IMG/VR virus record: IMGVR_UViG_3300005856_000048
Coordinates: 1-14,966 of that record
DNA: 14,966 bases
Strand: one strand, 5' to 3'
Part shown: positions 14,028 to 14,966 of the stretch, piece by piece
Layout of the letters: each line of letters begins with the position of its first letter
Position numbering within the stretch: position 1 is the first letter of the stretch
Program-made: the position numbers and the translations under genes
Notes under the pieces: generated by a model
The model's database searches: none
What the model was told of the DNA's origin: nothing
The model's input: the letters and a program-made list of their open reading frames with translations, nothing else

Positions 14028-14255
14028 ATGAGTGTGGATTTGAGTAGTGTGATAAATGAAATGCACGTCAATATGGTGGCTAGCTTCCTAGCTAACATCT
14101 TCCGTTTAAAGACTGGGTACATCTACATTAAGCTTGATGGTGTTGATCCGCAAAAGTTAGGGAGTGCTTTACAAAGTATGCTTGGGAGTGACTTTGATAT
14201 CAAGATGCAGGTGGAAAAGGGTGGATTGGCCGTAATGGTTAGTTTAAAGAAATAG
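14028..14255 (+). CDS. Small alpha/beta hypothetical protein (75 aa)
   Basis: ATG at the expected distance from the promoter motif; shares PxKLxSxLxS and a C-terminal beta-hairpin pattern with the upstream protein. Confidence 0.75.
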   Translation: MSVDLSSVINEMHVNMVASFLANIFRLKTGYIYIKLDGVDPQKLGSALQSMLGSDFDIKMQVEKGGLAVMVSLKK

Positions 14256-14297
14256 TGACGGTTATAGAGTTAAATAGTTTTGTTTAAAATTAAAATC

Positions 14298-14966
14298 ATG
14301 GTTATTGATGCGGGTACTGTCTACTACATGTACCCGATGAAACGTAGAATGTCATTCAGCTACATAGCTGAGAAACACGTGGAAATACTAAGAGAAAGAT
14401 TCAATGTTGAGCCGATTCACCTGACGGCTTTTGCGTCAATCGTGAATTATAGGCGATTTAGGGGTTATATTCATCCATATTTCTATCCTTTGACAACTAA
14501 TGGGGAGATTAAGGATGCTGTGTTGAAACGTAGATCCGATATGATTGAGACGTTGATTGGTGTTGATGTTGCCGATAGTAATCATATGTCTAAGTGGGCT
14601 GTGGATATGGCTAACTATGCCACGGCTTTCATCGTTAATTCGAAATGGTCTTATGATGCTTATGTTCAAAGTGGCATTAAGGTGCCTGTTCATATTGTCC
14701 CACATGGTTTAGAGATGGAGTGGTTTAGGGATAGACAGAGACCTGTGCATCCCGTGATTAGGTTCATTGAGGAGGTTAAGCGTAAGCAGGGGTTGTTTGT
14801 GATACTGTACTTCCTGTGGCATAGTGGATGGCGTAAGGGTGCTGACTTAGCGTATAAGTTGATGGATTGTGTTGAAAGGAATCACATTAACTATGTGCTT
14901 GTTGTTAAGAAAATGGATATTACTGATCCAGGTCTTAAACTATTTTCACGTTTTAGGACGTTTATT
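14298..14966 (+). CDS. Second GT4-like glycosyltransferase, truncated at the right edge
   Basis: Manual translation, 223 open codons: MVIDAGTVYYMYP...IGVDVADS...FIVNSKWSYDAYVQSGIKVPVHIVPHG...FLWHSGWRKGADL. The IVNS, IVPHG and RKG motifs are GT-B/GT4 features. Absent from the ORF track. Confidence 0.85.
   Translation, partial: MVIDAGTVYYMYPMKRRMSFSYIAEKHVEILRERFNVEPIHLTAFASIVNYRRFRGYIHPYFYPLTTNGEIKDAVLKRRSDMIETLIGVDVADSNHMSKWAVDMANYATAFIVNSKWSYDAYVQSGIKVPVHIVPHGLEMEWFRDRQRPVHPVIRFIEEVKRKQGLFVILYFLWHSGWRKGADLAYKLMDCVERNHINYVLVVKKMDITDPGLKLFSRFRTFI

Larger units (their letters stand above)
1..14966. mobile_element. Segment of a rudivirus-like (Tokiviricetes/Adnaviria) archaeal virus genome or provirus: structural module
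   Basis: SIRV2-type major capsid protein, two GT4 glycosyltransferases, dense co-oriented structural genes, archaeal GGTGA Shine-Dalgarno sites and TATA-like spacing. No cellular housekeeping genes. No termini or att sites are visible, so free virus versus provirus cannot be told. Confidence 0.9.

Noticed and set aside
13677-14066. 129-aa minus-strand ORF
   Set aside because: H/I/N-rich shadow of the two small plus-strand genes and their promoters.
14436-14705. 89-aa minus-strand ORF
   Set aside because: Antisense to the glycosyltransferase starting at 14298.

Overview
This window is the virion-morphogenesis module of a rod-shaped/filamentous archaeal dsDNA virus (Adnaviria/Tokiviricetes, rudivirus-like). 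The marker is a SIRV2-type major capsid protein (13169-13555, -), with a GT4 glycosyltransferase directly downstream and a second one divergently encoded at the right edge. A minus-strand cluster encodes an unusually elaborate putative terminal/adsorption apparatus: a minor protein with a probable C-terminal capsid-protein-like domain, a protein resembling the tail-collar/baseplate domain of tailed phages, two paralogous DUF2341 adhesins with different inserted lectin-like domains (one PA14-like), a chymotrypsin-like serine protease, a signal-peptide/TM protein, and a giant tape-measure-like protein of about 1400 aa or more. The giant gene is split by a -1 frameshift near 1898 and runs off the left edge. 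Nearly every transcription unit is preceded, 23-27 nt upstream of the start codon, by a conserved 13-mer TTAAAAATAAATT, a likely virus-specific promoter. Two CDSs truncated by the window edges (1-1898 minus; 14298-14966 plus) are missing from the supplied ORF track. All homology calls come from motif recognition by eye; no searches were run.
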